Source: Acidobacteriota bacterium (lineage in GTDB: Bacteria > Acidobacteriota > Vicinamibacteria > Vicinamibacterales > UBA8438). Taken from it: 64,000 nt of DNA. A program made the translations under genes and the position numbers. The DNA is taken from NCBI GenBank assembly GCA_015659035.1, contig DQNS01000028.1, positions 8,711-72,710 on the forward strand. The letters are read 5' to 3'. The notes under the pieces were generated by a model that saw only the letters and a program-made list of their open reading frames with translations, was not told where the DNA came from and searched no databases. Below are positions 54,440 through 63,144 of this stretch, piece after piece (the stretch's first letter is position 1; every line of letters begins with the position of its first letter).

Positions 54440-55479
54440 CGGCTGCGCACCAGTAGCCAGAGAAAGAACGGTCCGCCCAGCATCGCGGTGATGATGCCCA
54501 CCGGCAGCTCCATGGGCGAGAGCAGGGTCCGTGCCCCCACGTCGCACATCACCAGAAACGCGGCGCCGAGGCCCGCGGAGGCCGGTAAGACCAGCCGGTG
54601 GTCGGCGCCGACCAGCAGCCGCACGAGATGCGGGATGATGATGCCGATGAAGCCGATCGGCCCGCCCAGCGCCACTGCCGCGCCGGTCACGAGCGAGGCG
54701 CTCAGAAACGCCAGCCGCTGCGTGCGCAGCACGTCAACACCCCGCGCCGCCGCGCTGTCGGCGCCCAGGGTCAGCAGGTTCAGCGCGCGCGGCAGCCGGG
54801 CGAACACGACGAACCCGATGCCCATCAGGGGGATCGCCGACAGGATGGGGCTATAGCTGCCGACGTCCAGGTTGCCCATCACCCAGCGCACGGCCTGGAA
54901 CGTTTGCAGGGGATCGGCCAGGAACTGGACGAACAGGATGATCGCCGAGAACAGCGAGTTCAGGGTGACGCCGGCCAGCAACAGCACGTTCGTCGACAGG
55001 CCCTCGCGTCGCATCGTCGCCAGGAAGTAGACGATCGCCATTGCGCCGAGCGCCCCGACCAGGCTGGCGACCGGTCCCCCCAGCACCCCGAGCATGCCCA
55101 ACGGCAGACCGAGCGTGATGGCCAGCATCGCGCCCAGCGACGCCCCGGCCGACACCCCGAGCGTGAACGGGGTGGCCAGCGGGTTGCGGAGCATCGCCTG
55201 CAGGACGACGCCGGCGGCGGCGAGCGAGGCGCCGACCAGCGCACCTGCGATCGCGCGTGGCAGACGGAGGATGAAGAAGATCTGCGCGTCGACGTTCTCG
55301 GCAAACGGGATCGTCGGGTCGAACACCTGCCGGAAATTGATGGCGGTCGACCCGACCAGCGGCGCGGTCAGACAGGCGACCACGGCGAGGGCGCCGAAGC
55401 CGAGCTGGACGAGCCAGACCCGGCGGCGGAGATCACCCGCGCCGACGGGGGCACCCGCGGTCAGTACAGATACAGCCAT
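54436..55479 (-). CDS. btuC: FecCD/BtuC family ABC transporter permease
   Basis: 347 aa. RLPRAIAGALVGASLAAAGVVLQ and GPIGFIGIIIPHLVR motifs. Confidence 0.8.
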   Translation of the reverse strand: MAVSVLTAGAPVGAGDLRRRVWLVQLGFGALAVVACLTAPLVGSTAINFRQVFDPTIPFAENVDAQIFFILRLPRAIAGALVGASLAAAGVVLQAMLRNPLATPFTLGVSAGASLGAMLAITLGLPLGMLGVLGGPVASLVGALGAMAIVYFLATMRREGLSTNVLLLAGVTLNSLFSAIILFVQFLADPLQTFQAVRWVMGNLDVGSYSPILSAIPLMGIGFVVFARLPRALNLLTLGADSAAARGVDVLRTQRLAFLSASLVTGAAVALGGPIGFIGIIIPHLVRLLVGADHRLVLPASAGLGAAFLVMCDVGARTLLSPMELPVGIITAMLGGPFFLWLLVRSR

Positions 55480-55481
55480 GC

Positions 55482-56426
55482 CTATCGTCGGGCGAGCGGT
55501 ACAACCGTCAACTGGTGACTGGCGGGATGACGCCGGATGTCCGCCTCGACGTCATAGACCGCGCCGACGGTCTCCGGTGTCAGCACCGCCTCGGTCGGGC
55601 CGGCCGCGGCGATGCGTCCGTCACGCAGCAGGACCAGATCGCGGCAGAGCCCGGCGGCAAAGTTCAGGTCGTGTGTGCAGATGACGATGGTGGTGCGCCG
55701 GTCCCGGTTCAACCGGCGCAGCAGGTCGGCCGTCTCCAGCTGAAAGGCGAGGTCGAGCGACGATGTCGGCTCGTCGAGCAGCAGCACCTGTGTCTCGTCC
55801 GGGCCGTGGCCGCCGGTGTCCGCGGAGTCTTCGAACTGCGCCAGTGCGCTCGCCATGACGACCCGCTGCTTCTCGCCGCCGCTGAGCGTGCGAAACATCC
55901 GCTGCTCGAAGGTCGCGGTGCCGGTGGCGGCCAGCATCCGCCGCGCGATCTCCAGGTCGGCCGGTCCCTCGAGCTCGAACGCGCGCAGATGCGGGTACCG
56001 GCCCATCAGGACGATCTCGAGCACCGTGTAGTCAAAAGCGAGCTGTGTCTCCTGCGGCACGACGGCGAGCCGACGTGCCAGGGTCGCGCGATTGAGCCTG
56101 GCCGTATCGTGGCCGTCGAGGGTGATCCGCCCGCCGGCCGGCGTCAGCAGCCCGGCCAGCAGCTTCAGCAGCGTCGTCTTGCCCGACCCGTTGGGACCGA
56201 GCACCCCGAGCAGGCTGCCGCTCGGCACCCTCATGCTCACCTCATGGAGCACCAGGTGGGCGTCGTACCGGAACGAGACCGCTTCAGCGCGCAGCAATCC
56301 GGACCCCCGCGACACAGCTGCGGCCGAAACCGGGGCATCCGATGGATCGGTAATTGGGGGAGGGCTCCACAGGCTCCTTTCGGCGTGACCACGCGCCGCA
56401 CCCGTTCGTCTACACGAACGAGTCAT
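55482..56426 (-). CDS. btuD: ABC transporter ATP-binding protein (BtuD/FecE-like)
   Basis: Walker A GPNGSGKTT, signature LSGGEKQR, Walker B LLLDEPTS. The start is uncertain; ATG 56426 is the first ATG after the riboswitch. The track start at 56618 lies inside the riboswitch. Confidence 0.75.
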   Translation of the reverse strand: MTRSCRRTGAARGHAERSLWSPPPITDPSDAPVSAAAVSRGSGLLRAEAVSFRYDAHLVLHEVSMRVPSGSLLGVLGPNGSGKTTLLKLLAGLLTPAGGRITLDGHDTARLNRATLARRLAVVPQETQLAFDYTVLEIVLMGRYPHLRAFELEGPADLEIARRMLAATGTATFEQRMFRTLSGGEKQRVVMASALAQFEDSADTGGHGPDETQVLLLDEPTSSLDLAFQLETADLLRRLNRDRRTTIVICTHDLNFAAGLCRDLVLLRDGRIAAAGPTEAVLTPETVGAVYDVEADIRRHPASHQLTVVPLARR

Positions 56427-56465
56427 AAGGACGTACCCGATGGTCAGGTCTCCTGACTTGCGGAT

Positions 56466-56640
56466 CAACGCGGAACGGCGACGCCTTCCCATGCTCAGTC
56501 GAGCACAGTGGCGGGCGTTCTCGTCTGGGTCGGCCGTGTGGCCAGCGCGTCGGAGGACGTCAGAGTGCCGCTTCGCTCCTCGCTTACAGTGGCGGGACCG
56601 TGTGGGCATCGCACCCACTTCCCATGACCGTTGGGAAACG
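56466..56640 (-). promoter_or_regulatory. cobalamin (B12) riboswitch
   Basis: The minus strand reads GGTCATGGGAAGTGGGTGCGATGCCCACACGGTCCCGCCACTGTAAGCG ... GCCCGCCACTGTGCTCGACTGAGCATGGGAAGGCG. This matches the conserved GGGAA..GGTG..CC..CGG.CCCGCCACTGT core and the B12-box GCCACTG...GGGAAGGC. A downstream hairpin GTCAGG-AGA-CCTGAC contains an AGGAG. Confidence 0.8.
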
Positions 56641-57081
56641 TCGATTGTCTCGTGAGTATAAACGATGACGCGGGGCAGCTACCGAGGACACTCCGCGTCT
56701 GATTCGTCGACCCGACGGGAACCCATCAGACAGCCGTCGAAGCTCCAGCATCAAGAGCCGATACTGATTCACGTCCCGGCCCGGGTTTCCGCACACTGTG
56801 ACGGTGTCACCTATCGCGAACGTCGTGCCGTCGATACCCTTTTGTCTGAGCTGTGTCGCGCCTTCCAGTTCCACCGCCCAGGTCCGGGTCCGAACCTCAT
56901 CGCCCACAACCGAGAGATGAATGAAGGCATGTGGGTTCGTGAGCACGAGACCATCGATGGTGCCCGTGATCGTCGTCGCCTGTCTAACGTCGTACACCTC
57001 GGTGATCAGGTGGTGACCGAAAAGCGGCGTCATCGTCGCGACCGCAAGCAGCGAGATGAGTGCGAACGCGCACGCCGTCAT
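56584..57081 (-). CDS. DUF6152-like small secreted protein
   Basis: Signal MTACAFALISLLAVATMTPLFG, then HHLITEVYD..TITGTIDGLVLTNPHAFIHL..W.VE..GD.V.V.G.P. The last roughly 45 residues are low quality and overlap the riboswitch. Confidence 0.55.
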   Translation of the reverse strand: MTACAFALISLLAVATMTPLFGHHLITEVYDVRQATTITGTIDGLVLTNPHAFIHLSVVGDEVRTRTWAVELEGATQLRQKGIDGTTFAIGDTVTVCGNPGRDVNQYRLLMLELRRLSDGFPSGRRIRRGVSSVAAPRHRLYSRDNRRFPTVMGSGCDAHTVPPL

Positions 57082-57172
57082 GCCTCCCTCGAACACCCCG
57101 GTCATCCGACGACGCGAAGCCGAGAATCCGTCGCTGGGTGTAGACTCCCAAACATCGACCGAACCGGGCGCG

Positions 57173-57562
57173 ATGCGGACCTCAATGACACGTTCATGGC
57201 TTCAGGTTGCCGCGCTCGTCGCCACCCAGGCCCTGGTGGGGTGCATCGGCACCCGGGCCGATGACGAGAGCCTCCGCGATTCGTTCGCCGAGCAGATCGC
57301 CACCAGCACGTTCGTTACCGATTTCGTCCGAGACGGCGACGAACTGAGGTTTTCTGACCCCGATGGCGAGGGGGGGACGGCTGCGTGGCTGGTACGCATC
57401 GAGAGGTCGTTCGTCGAGTCCAACGAGTTCGATCCGATCGCCCCGTATCAGGGACGCATCACGTCTGAATGGGTCGCCGATAGGGCGATCGTCGAGTGCC
57501 TGGGCTCGATGACCGCCCTGCCTCAAGAATTTCTTGACCGAGGTGTCGGCCAAGAGTGCTGA
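57173..57562 (+). CDS. hypothetical lipoprotein
   Basis: C-terminal part of track ORF 57056..57562. MRTSMTRSWLQVAALVATQALVGC carries a lipobox. ATG 57185 is an alternative start. Confidence 0.5.
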   Translation: MRTSMTRSWLQVAALVATQALVGCIGTRADDESLRDSFAEQIATSTFVTDFVRDGDELRFSDPDGEGGTAAWLVRIERSFVESNEFDPIAPYQGRITSEWVADRAIVECLGSMTALPQEFLDRGVGQEC

Positions 57563-57642
57563 GCGTACTGGCTGCCGAGCGACGCTGGGACTGGTAGCAA
57601 CCATCTCCGCTGCCCACCCATCCACCGGACCATCTGACCCGC

Positions 57643-60075
57643 CTACCGGAACGAAAACGACGTCGTCAACAGGATCTGACGTGGTGCCCCAGGGTCCGCC
57701 GACTCCGCGCGCGAGATATCCCCGTTCCAGTAGTACTCCTCGTTGAACAGGTTGTGGGCCGACAGCGTGATCCGTGTGGGGCCGACAAACCACGACACGG
57801 CCGCATCCAGCAACGTATAGGGGTCGAACTCGAAGGTGTTGCCTTGGTCAACCATGACGTCACCGACGTGCTTGACGTCCACCCTGATATTGAACGCTGG
57901 CACCGGCGTGATGACCACGCCGCCGTTGATGACGCGGTCAGGCGCGATCGAGAGACGGTTGCCGGTCAAGTCGGTGTCGCCGCCGGCCGACTCGATCACG
58001 AAGTCGCCAAATCGGTTGCGGTAGAATGCGCCGTTGGCGTAGACCGTCAGCTGTGACGTTGCTGTCCATGTCGCGCCCAACTCGACCCCTTTGTACTCGT
58101 GTTCACCGGCGTTTGTCGGGATGAAGAACGGCCCTTGCCGGACGTTATGAACAATGCCGTTTCGCGTCATGTAGAAGTAGGTGCCCTCGAACGCGATCTC
58201 GCCGTCGAATAGGCTGCCCTTTAGCCCGAATTCATAGTTGTCGATGTCCTCTGGGTTCAGGTTGATCTCGTCGTCGCCCGGGCGGAGCCCGCTGGGACGC
58301 CGTGGCGGAAGAAACGCCTGAGAGTACTGCCCGTAGAGATTGATGTCGGTGCTCACGTCATCGGGCAACAACTTGAAGGTGGCGCTGAGCTTCGGACTCA
58401 AGGCGTCGAAGGTGTTTTCCACCACCGGCTGCCCGGCGCGAAACGTCAAGGTGTTGTCGAGGTCCAGCCGGTCATAGCGTCCACCGGCCGTCAGGATCAG
58501 ACGGTTGGTCGGTTCGAGGTTGAACTGGCCGAAGAGCCCGAGGACTCCAACGCCATAGTCGTTGCCCCCAAACCGGAAGAACTCCCAGTCGCTCTTTGGC
58601 GGGTGCACCGGGTCCAGATAGTTGAGAGGCCACCCGAACGTGTCCGCATCGGTGTACATCAGGTTCCCGGCTCCAAAGCCGGTGGTGTACTCGAACGAGC
58701 CGCCCGCGACAAACGAGCTCTCCATCCCGCCCAACGTCGGATTGCTCTCGACGCGGGATTCAGCGTAGAAGATGTTCTCGTCGGTCTGGAGCTCGAACGG
58801 ATACTGGGTCAGCGTGTTCGCCGCCAGGTCGAACGGTGCACCGGTGATGTCACCCGACTCAATGAACTTGTATTGAATCTGTCGATACCCAAAGACGTTG
58901 ACCAGCCTCACCTCGTCGGTGAACTGGCGTGTGTAGTTCGCGGTGAAACGGCTCTCGTTCTGGCGATAGTTGACCCCTTCCACATTCAGGTCGGTCAGCC
59001 GGTCGAACGACGGGTCGATATCGCTGAGGAACCGGCCGTTGATGATCGGGACGTTGGTCGGGAGGCTCTGGGCGGACACCACGCGATTGGCGCTCACCAT
59101 GCCGAACGACTTCGAGTCTGGCACGAACGTCAGCTTCGCGTATACGGCGGTCTGGTCCACGTTGAAATCGAACGGCCCGGTGTAGAAACCGCTGTTTCGC
59201 TCGCTGGACGCGGAGACGTAGTACCCGCCCCAATCATCGACCGGGCCCGACGCCCGTGCGGCACCCTTGAAAAGCCCGAACTGTCCGCCCGTGAGATCGA
59301 AACTCGACTGGTGCTCAGGCGTCGGATCGGCCGTCCGGACGTTGACAGAGCCACCGATCGCCGTTCGTCCATAGAGGGCCGAGTTGGGGCCACGGACCAC
59401 CTCGATGCTGCTGGCATCGGTGATTGGCAGGTTGATCACCCTCGAGCTGTTTCGCGAGTCCGTCTGCGGGACGCCGTCGATGAGTAGGAGCGTGCTTGTG
59501 AACTCGTTGCCGTCCCGCGGCAGCCCACGCAGCATGACCGACTCGAAGGAACCGGCCTGGGTGCTCACGATGACACCAGGGATGTGGGAGATCGCCTCGG
59601 TCAGACGTTGGTCACCGCGCTCTTCGATCGTCGACCGATCGACGATGTCGGCCTGTGCGGCGAGCTCACCGATGCTGAGTGGCGCTTTCGTCGCCGTCAC
59701 CTGCACTCGTTCAAGGTAGTTGGGCGTTACCTCCAGCTCGATCGCCACCGAGGCCACCGCACCGGCAGGCACCTGGATCTGCGGACTCCGCAATTCGAGA
59801 AACCCCGGCGCCTGGACGACGAGCACCGCCGCCCCGGCTGGCACCTCGTCGATCTCGAATCGTCCAACGGCGTTCGCTACGCCGATCAGGTCGGTGCCGT
59901 CAACGAGTACGAGGGCAGCGGGAACAGCCCGACCATCCTCTCGTGCGACAACCGAGCCTGCGATGGACCCGGTAGACTGCTCCGCGGCGAGCGCGGAACC
60001 AAAACCAACCATCATCAGGGTTACCCCAACGGCGAACCATCGGGCCCATCGGTTGTTCGTCGTGCTCTCTCCCAT
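57643..60075 (-). CDS. TonB-dependent receptor with an N-terminal carboxypeptidase-regulatory-like domain
   Basis: Track ORF 57643..60255. ATG 60075 follows AAGGAAAAG. The order is signal peptide, CarbopepD_reg-like (GSIAGSVVAREDGRAVPAALV), plug (IEVVRGPNSALYG), then a beta-barrel ending TTSFSFR. Confidence 0.85.
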   Translation of the reverse strand: MGESTTNNRWARWFAVGVTLMMVGFGSALAAEQSTGSIAGSVVAREDGRAVPAALVLVDGTDLIGVANAVGRFEIDEVPAGAAVLVVQAPGFLELRSPQIQVPAGAVASVAIELEVTPNYLERVQVTATKAPLSIGELAAQADIVDRSTIEERGDQRLTEAISHIPGVIVSTQAGSFESVMLRGLPRDGNEFTSTLLLIDGVPQTDSRNSSRVINLPITDASSIEVVRGPNSALYGRTAIGGSVNVRTADPTPEHQSSFDLTGGQFGLFKGAARASGPVDDWGGYYVSASSERNSGFYTGPFDFNVDQTAVYAKLTFVPDSKSFGMVSANRVVSAQSLPTNVPIINGRFLSDIDPSFDRLTDLNVEGVNYRQNESRFTANYTRQFTDEVRLVNVFGYRQIQYKFIESGDITGAPFDLAANTLTQYPFELQTDENIFYAESRVESNPTLGGMESSFVAGGSFEYTTGFGAGNLMYTDADTFGWPLNYLDPVHPPKSDWEFFRFGGNDYGVGVLGLFGQFNLEPTNRLILTAGGRYDRLDLDNTLTFRAGQPVVENTFDALSPKLSATFKLLPDDVSTDINLYGQYSQAFLPPRRPSGLRPGDDEINLNPEDIDNYEFGLKGSLFDGEIAFEGTYFYMTRNGIVHNVRQGPFFIPTNAGEHEYKGVELGATWTATSQLTVYANGAFYRNRFGDFVIESAGGDTDLTGNRLSIAPDRVINGGVVITPVPAFNIRVDVKHVGDVMVDQGNTFEFDPYTLLDAAVSWFVGPTRITLSAHNLFNEEYYWNGDISRAESADPGAPRQILLTTSFSFR

Positions 60076-60153
60076 CACATTCTTTTCCTTTGTCGCCCAA
60101 CACGACGCTACGACCGGGGATCCTAGCGGGTGTCCACTTGGTTGGCGCCTTAG

Positions 60154-60339
60154 GAGATCCTGAACCGCACGTTCAGGTTTGCAGCGCGCGGAGGTTCTTA
60201 CGTTATCCACCAACGGTCGCCGGTCGAAGGGGCGACTCCGCTCCTGATTTCGCACGGCTGGCCCGGCTCCTTCTTGGAGTTCACGACCCTTGTTGCCGAT
60301 CCCGACACGGTCACACCGGAGCCGGTGACCACGGACAGC
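60154..60339 (+). pseudogene. internal fragment of an epoxide hydrolase (EHN-domain type)
   Basis: Plus-strand frame between stops 60151 and 60337: EILNRTFRFAARGGSYVIHQRSPVEGATPLLISHGWPGSFLEFTTLVADPD... It contains the HGWPGSxxEF hallmark. There is no start, no catalytic domain, and it abuts the converging hydrolase gene. Confidence 0.55.
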
Positions 60340-61613
60340 TAGCCGAGACCATCCAGAAACTCCAGCAGGAGCTGGCTCGTCGTGTCCGCCTGTTCCTGTT
60401 GCACCCAGTGACCGGCACCGTCCACCAGGTGCACCGCACGCATGTCGGTACAGGCCACTTCCTGCATGCGTTCGAAGGACCCAGGACTCTGGTAGGTGCC
60501 CCAGTCGCTGGCTCCGCTGATGAACATGGACGGCTGATCGATGGTCCTGCCCGCGTACAATTCAACCTCTTCCCGGCCGACGCGGCTGCCCCCCATGCGA
60601 TAGCCATTCAGGCCGCCTTGAAAACTGGTGCGGCCATACTCTTCGGCGTAGACCCGCAGTGCCGAATTGGGCAACCAGGTATTGGCCGCAATGTGGGCGG
60701 CAGACGGCATCACGTCCGCCACCGTTTCCGCCATGCCCTGGTCCAGCTGCATGATGTAGTAGTTCGGCATCTTCGCCCATTCTTCAGCCGTCCGCGCCGC
60801 GAGGCGATAGGGTTTGTTGCCCTCCCAGTCGGCACTCTTGAAGTGGTAGTAGCCCCGCATGAAGTCATGAACGCCCTGGCTAGCATGCCGCATGTTCTCG
60901 TTCGCGCCACGAGTGGTGTAGTAGCGCTGGTAATGCTTTCTTGGGCGCGGCAATGCGGTCAGATCGTCGTAGATGCTCTGACGGTTGGCGGCGGCAGGGG
61001 CTCGTGGCGGATCGTCCGCCGTATCGAACGGCAACGATGGCCTGCCACCAAACGGCGCGCTCATCATCACCACCGCGGGAAAAATGTCCGGGCGGGCGAT
61101 GGCACACCAGCCGGCGAGGGGCGAGCCGGCGTCGTGGCCGATCACGGCGGCCACGGATCTGTGGCCGAACGCCAGCACCAGACCCAGGGCATCCCGCACC
61201 TTGTTCAGCGTGCGAAACGGCGCGAGGTCGGTGTCGTAGTCGGAGCTCCAGCCGGTGGTGCGACCGTAACCCCGCACATCAGGCACGATGACGTGATACC
61301 CGGCCTCTGCCAGCGGTACCATGACGTTTCTCCAGCTGTAGGCCAGCTCGGGAAAGCCATGCAGCAACAGCAAGGCAGGTCGATTCGGGCTTTCGTAGCC
61401 CGCCTCCAGTACGTGCACCCGCAATCCGTTGATGTTGTTGACGAACCGGGACCGCACGCCGTCCGGCAGCCAGGCGGACGGGTAGGGTTCCAACTCGACG
61501 TCCGAGCCCGTGGGCTGGGCATACACTCGGCGAGTAGTCATCGGGGCTGCCCCGAACGCAGCCAGACCGAGCGAGGAAAGCGCCATCATCTGCCGTCGTG
61601 AATATCCAGTCAT
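60339..61613 (-). CDS. alpha/beta hydrolase (soluble epoxide hydrolase-like), Tat-type signal
   Basis: SRRQMMALSSLGLAAFGAAP, LLLLHGFPELAYSWR, VIGHDAGS (Asp nucleophile elbow), GAGHWVQQE. Confidence 0.8.
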   Translation of the reverse strand: MTGYSRRQMMALSSLGLAAFGAAPMTTRRVYAQPTGSDVELEPYPSAWLPDGVRSRFVNNINGLRVHVLEAGYESPNRPALLLLHGFPELAYSWRNVMVPLAEAGYHVIVPDVRGYGRTTGWSSDYDTDLAPFRTLNKVRDALGLVLAFGHRSVAAVIGHDAGSPLAGWCAIARPDIFPAVVMMSAPFGGRPSLPFDTADDPPRAPAAANRQSIYDDLTALPRPRKHYQRYYTTRGANENMRHASQGVHDFMRGYYHFKSADWEGNKPYRLAARTAEEWAKMPNYYIMQLDQGMAETVADVMPSAAHIAANTWLPNSALRVYAEEYGRTSFQGGLNGYRMGGSRVGREEVELYAGRTIDQPSMFISGASDWGTYQSPGSFERMQEVACTDMRAVHLVDGAGHWVQQEQADTTSQLLLEFLDGLG

Positions 61614-61623
61614 AGCTCTTGTC

Positions 61624-62856
61624 CTACTGAGCGGGCTCGATCCTGAGCACGGCTCCGTCTTGCATGTCGGTGGTCACATACAGGAACCCGTCGGGTCCCT
61701 GCTTGACGTCTCGAATGCGTTGACCGAGCTCGGAAAGCAGCACTTGGCGACGGCTCTCCAGGTCCTGCGCGTTGAATATGACCCGGGACAGTTGCCTGCC
61801 GGCGAGCCCTCCCGCGAACAGGTCGCCCGTCCACTCGGGAAACTTGTCACCGGTGTAGAAGGTCATGCCCGCGATGGCGATGGATGGCTTGTAGTACGTG
61901 AACGGCTCTTCCATGCCAGGCGCCGCGGTCGGCGGCTGTATCGTGGGCGGCGGCAACCCTGACCTCGCACCCTCCGGGTCGCTCGAGTACGCCCGTCCAT
62001 AGGTGACGACAGGCCAGCCGTAGTTCAAGCCTGCCCGGATGATGTTGATTTCGTCTCCACCTTGAGGGCCGTTCTCCGTCTCCCACAGCTGGCCGGTCTC
62101 GGGGTGAAACGCCATGCCGATGGCATTGCGGATGCCAAGCGCGAAGATCTCCGGCCGGTAACCGGGCCGATCCACAAAAGGATTGTCGGCGGGCGTCGTG
62201 CCGTCATCGTTGAGCCGGAGGATCTTGCCGCCATGGTGGTCCGGGTCCTGCGCCCAGGTCGTTTCCCCCAGGGTCTCCTGGAATCCTGGAGCGCCGATAG
62301 CCAGATAGAGCTTGCCGTCGGGCCCGAAGATGATCCGCGCCGCGGACGGTCCGTCGGTCCAGGAGACCGACTCGAAGATCTCCTCGACGTCGGTGAGCTG
62401 ATACCCCTCGAGACGTCCCCGATAGACGACGGCGGTCCGGAGGTGTTCCGCGTCCGGTTTCGGCTTCCAGAACGCGACGTAGACGAGTCGATTCTCCGAG
62501 AAGCGAGGATGGACGGCGACATCCACGCCGGCCGTGTCACGACGTTGGCTCGTGATTGGGCGAGGAAGGCCAGTGATGGGCGTCGGGTCGAGCACCCCTT
62601 CGCGAATGAGGCGAAGCGTGGTGCGGTTCTGCTCGGTGACCAGCATGTCGCCATTCGGGAGAAACGCCAGCGCCCACGGATACACGAGCCCCTTGATCGG
62701 GACGACACGCAACCGCCCGGCCGGGCTGTTCACCACCTGCGGCGTGTCAGCCAGGGTTGTCGCAGGTTGCTGGGCCCGACCCACGGGAGCCACGATCCCA
62801 ACGGTCAACGTCACGACAGCGGCGGTTGAGATTCTCACTGACCTCCATTGCACCAT
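61624..62856 (-). CDS. PQQ-dependent sugar dehydrogenase (sorbosone/glucose dehydrogenase-B-like beta-propeller)
   Basis: PWALAFLPNGDMLVTE, GKILRLNDDGTTPADNPF, FALGIRNAIGMAFHP, ENGPQGGDEIN, NYGWP. Confidence 0.85.
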   Translation of the reverse strand: MVQWRSVRISTAAVVTLTVGIVAPVGRAQQPATTLADTPQVVNSPAGRLRVVPIKGLVYPWALAFLPNGDMLVTEQNRTTLRLIREGVLDPTPITGLPRPITSQRRDTAGVDVAVHPRFSENRLVYVAFWKPKPDAEHLRTAVVYRGRLEGYQLTDVEEIFESVSWTDGPSAARIIFGPDGKLYLAIGAPGFQETLGETTWAQDPDHHGGKILRLNDDGTTPADNPFVDRPGYRPEIFALGIRNAIGMAFHPETGQLWETENGPQGGDEINIIRAGLNYGWPVVTYGRAYSSDPEGARSGLPPPTIQPPTAAPGMEEPFTYYKPSIAIAGMTFYTGDKFPEWTGDLFAGGLAGRQLSRVIFNAQDLESRRQVLLSELGQRIRDVKQGPDGFLYVTTDMQDGAVLRIEPAQ

Positions 62857-63144
62857 GTGCTACCTCGTATCTGTCGCCGCGCATCGCTTTCCAAGGTGCT
62901 GGCGCTGGGCTGGATGTTGGATTATAGAGGGATTCGATAGGAGCGCGCGCCGAATCGCGGAGTTCACAGGAATCCAGCGAGGCTTCCAACGGGCAGGTGA
63001 CCGCTACAACCCGCTGACGACTGTCCGCCATGTCGCCGATGGCGATCGCCAGACCGGCCAGCGAGTCCAATTCCGTGTTTATTCATGGTCGGCGACGACT
63101 TTCGTCGAATGCGGCCCCTTGGCCTCTTTGCTGGACGGTCGCGC

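Noticed and set aside
60076-60338. Possible second cobalamin riboswitch upstream of the TonB-dependent receptor.
   Set aside because: Neither strand carries the GCCACTG B12 box or the GGGAA..GGTG core. The region is instead explained by the epoxide hydrolase fragment.
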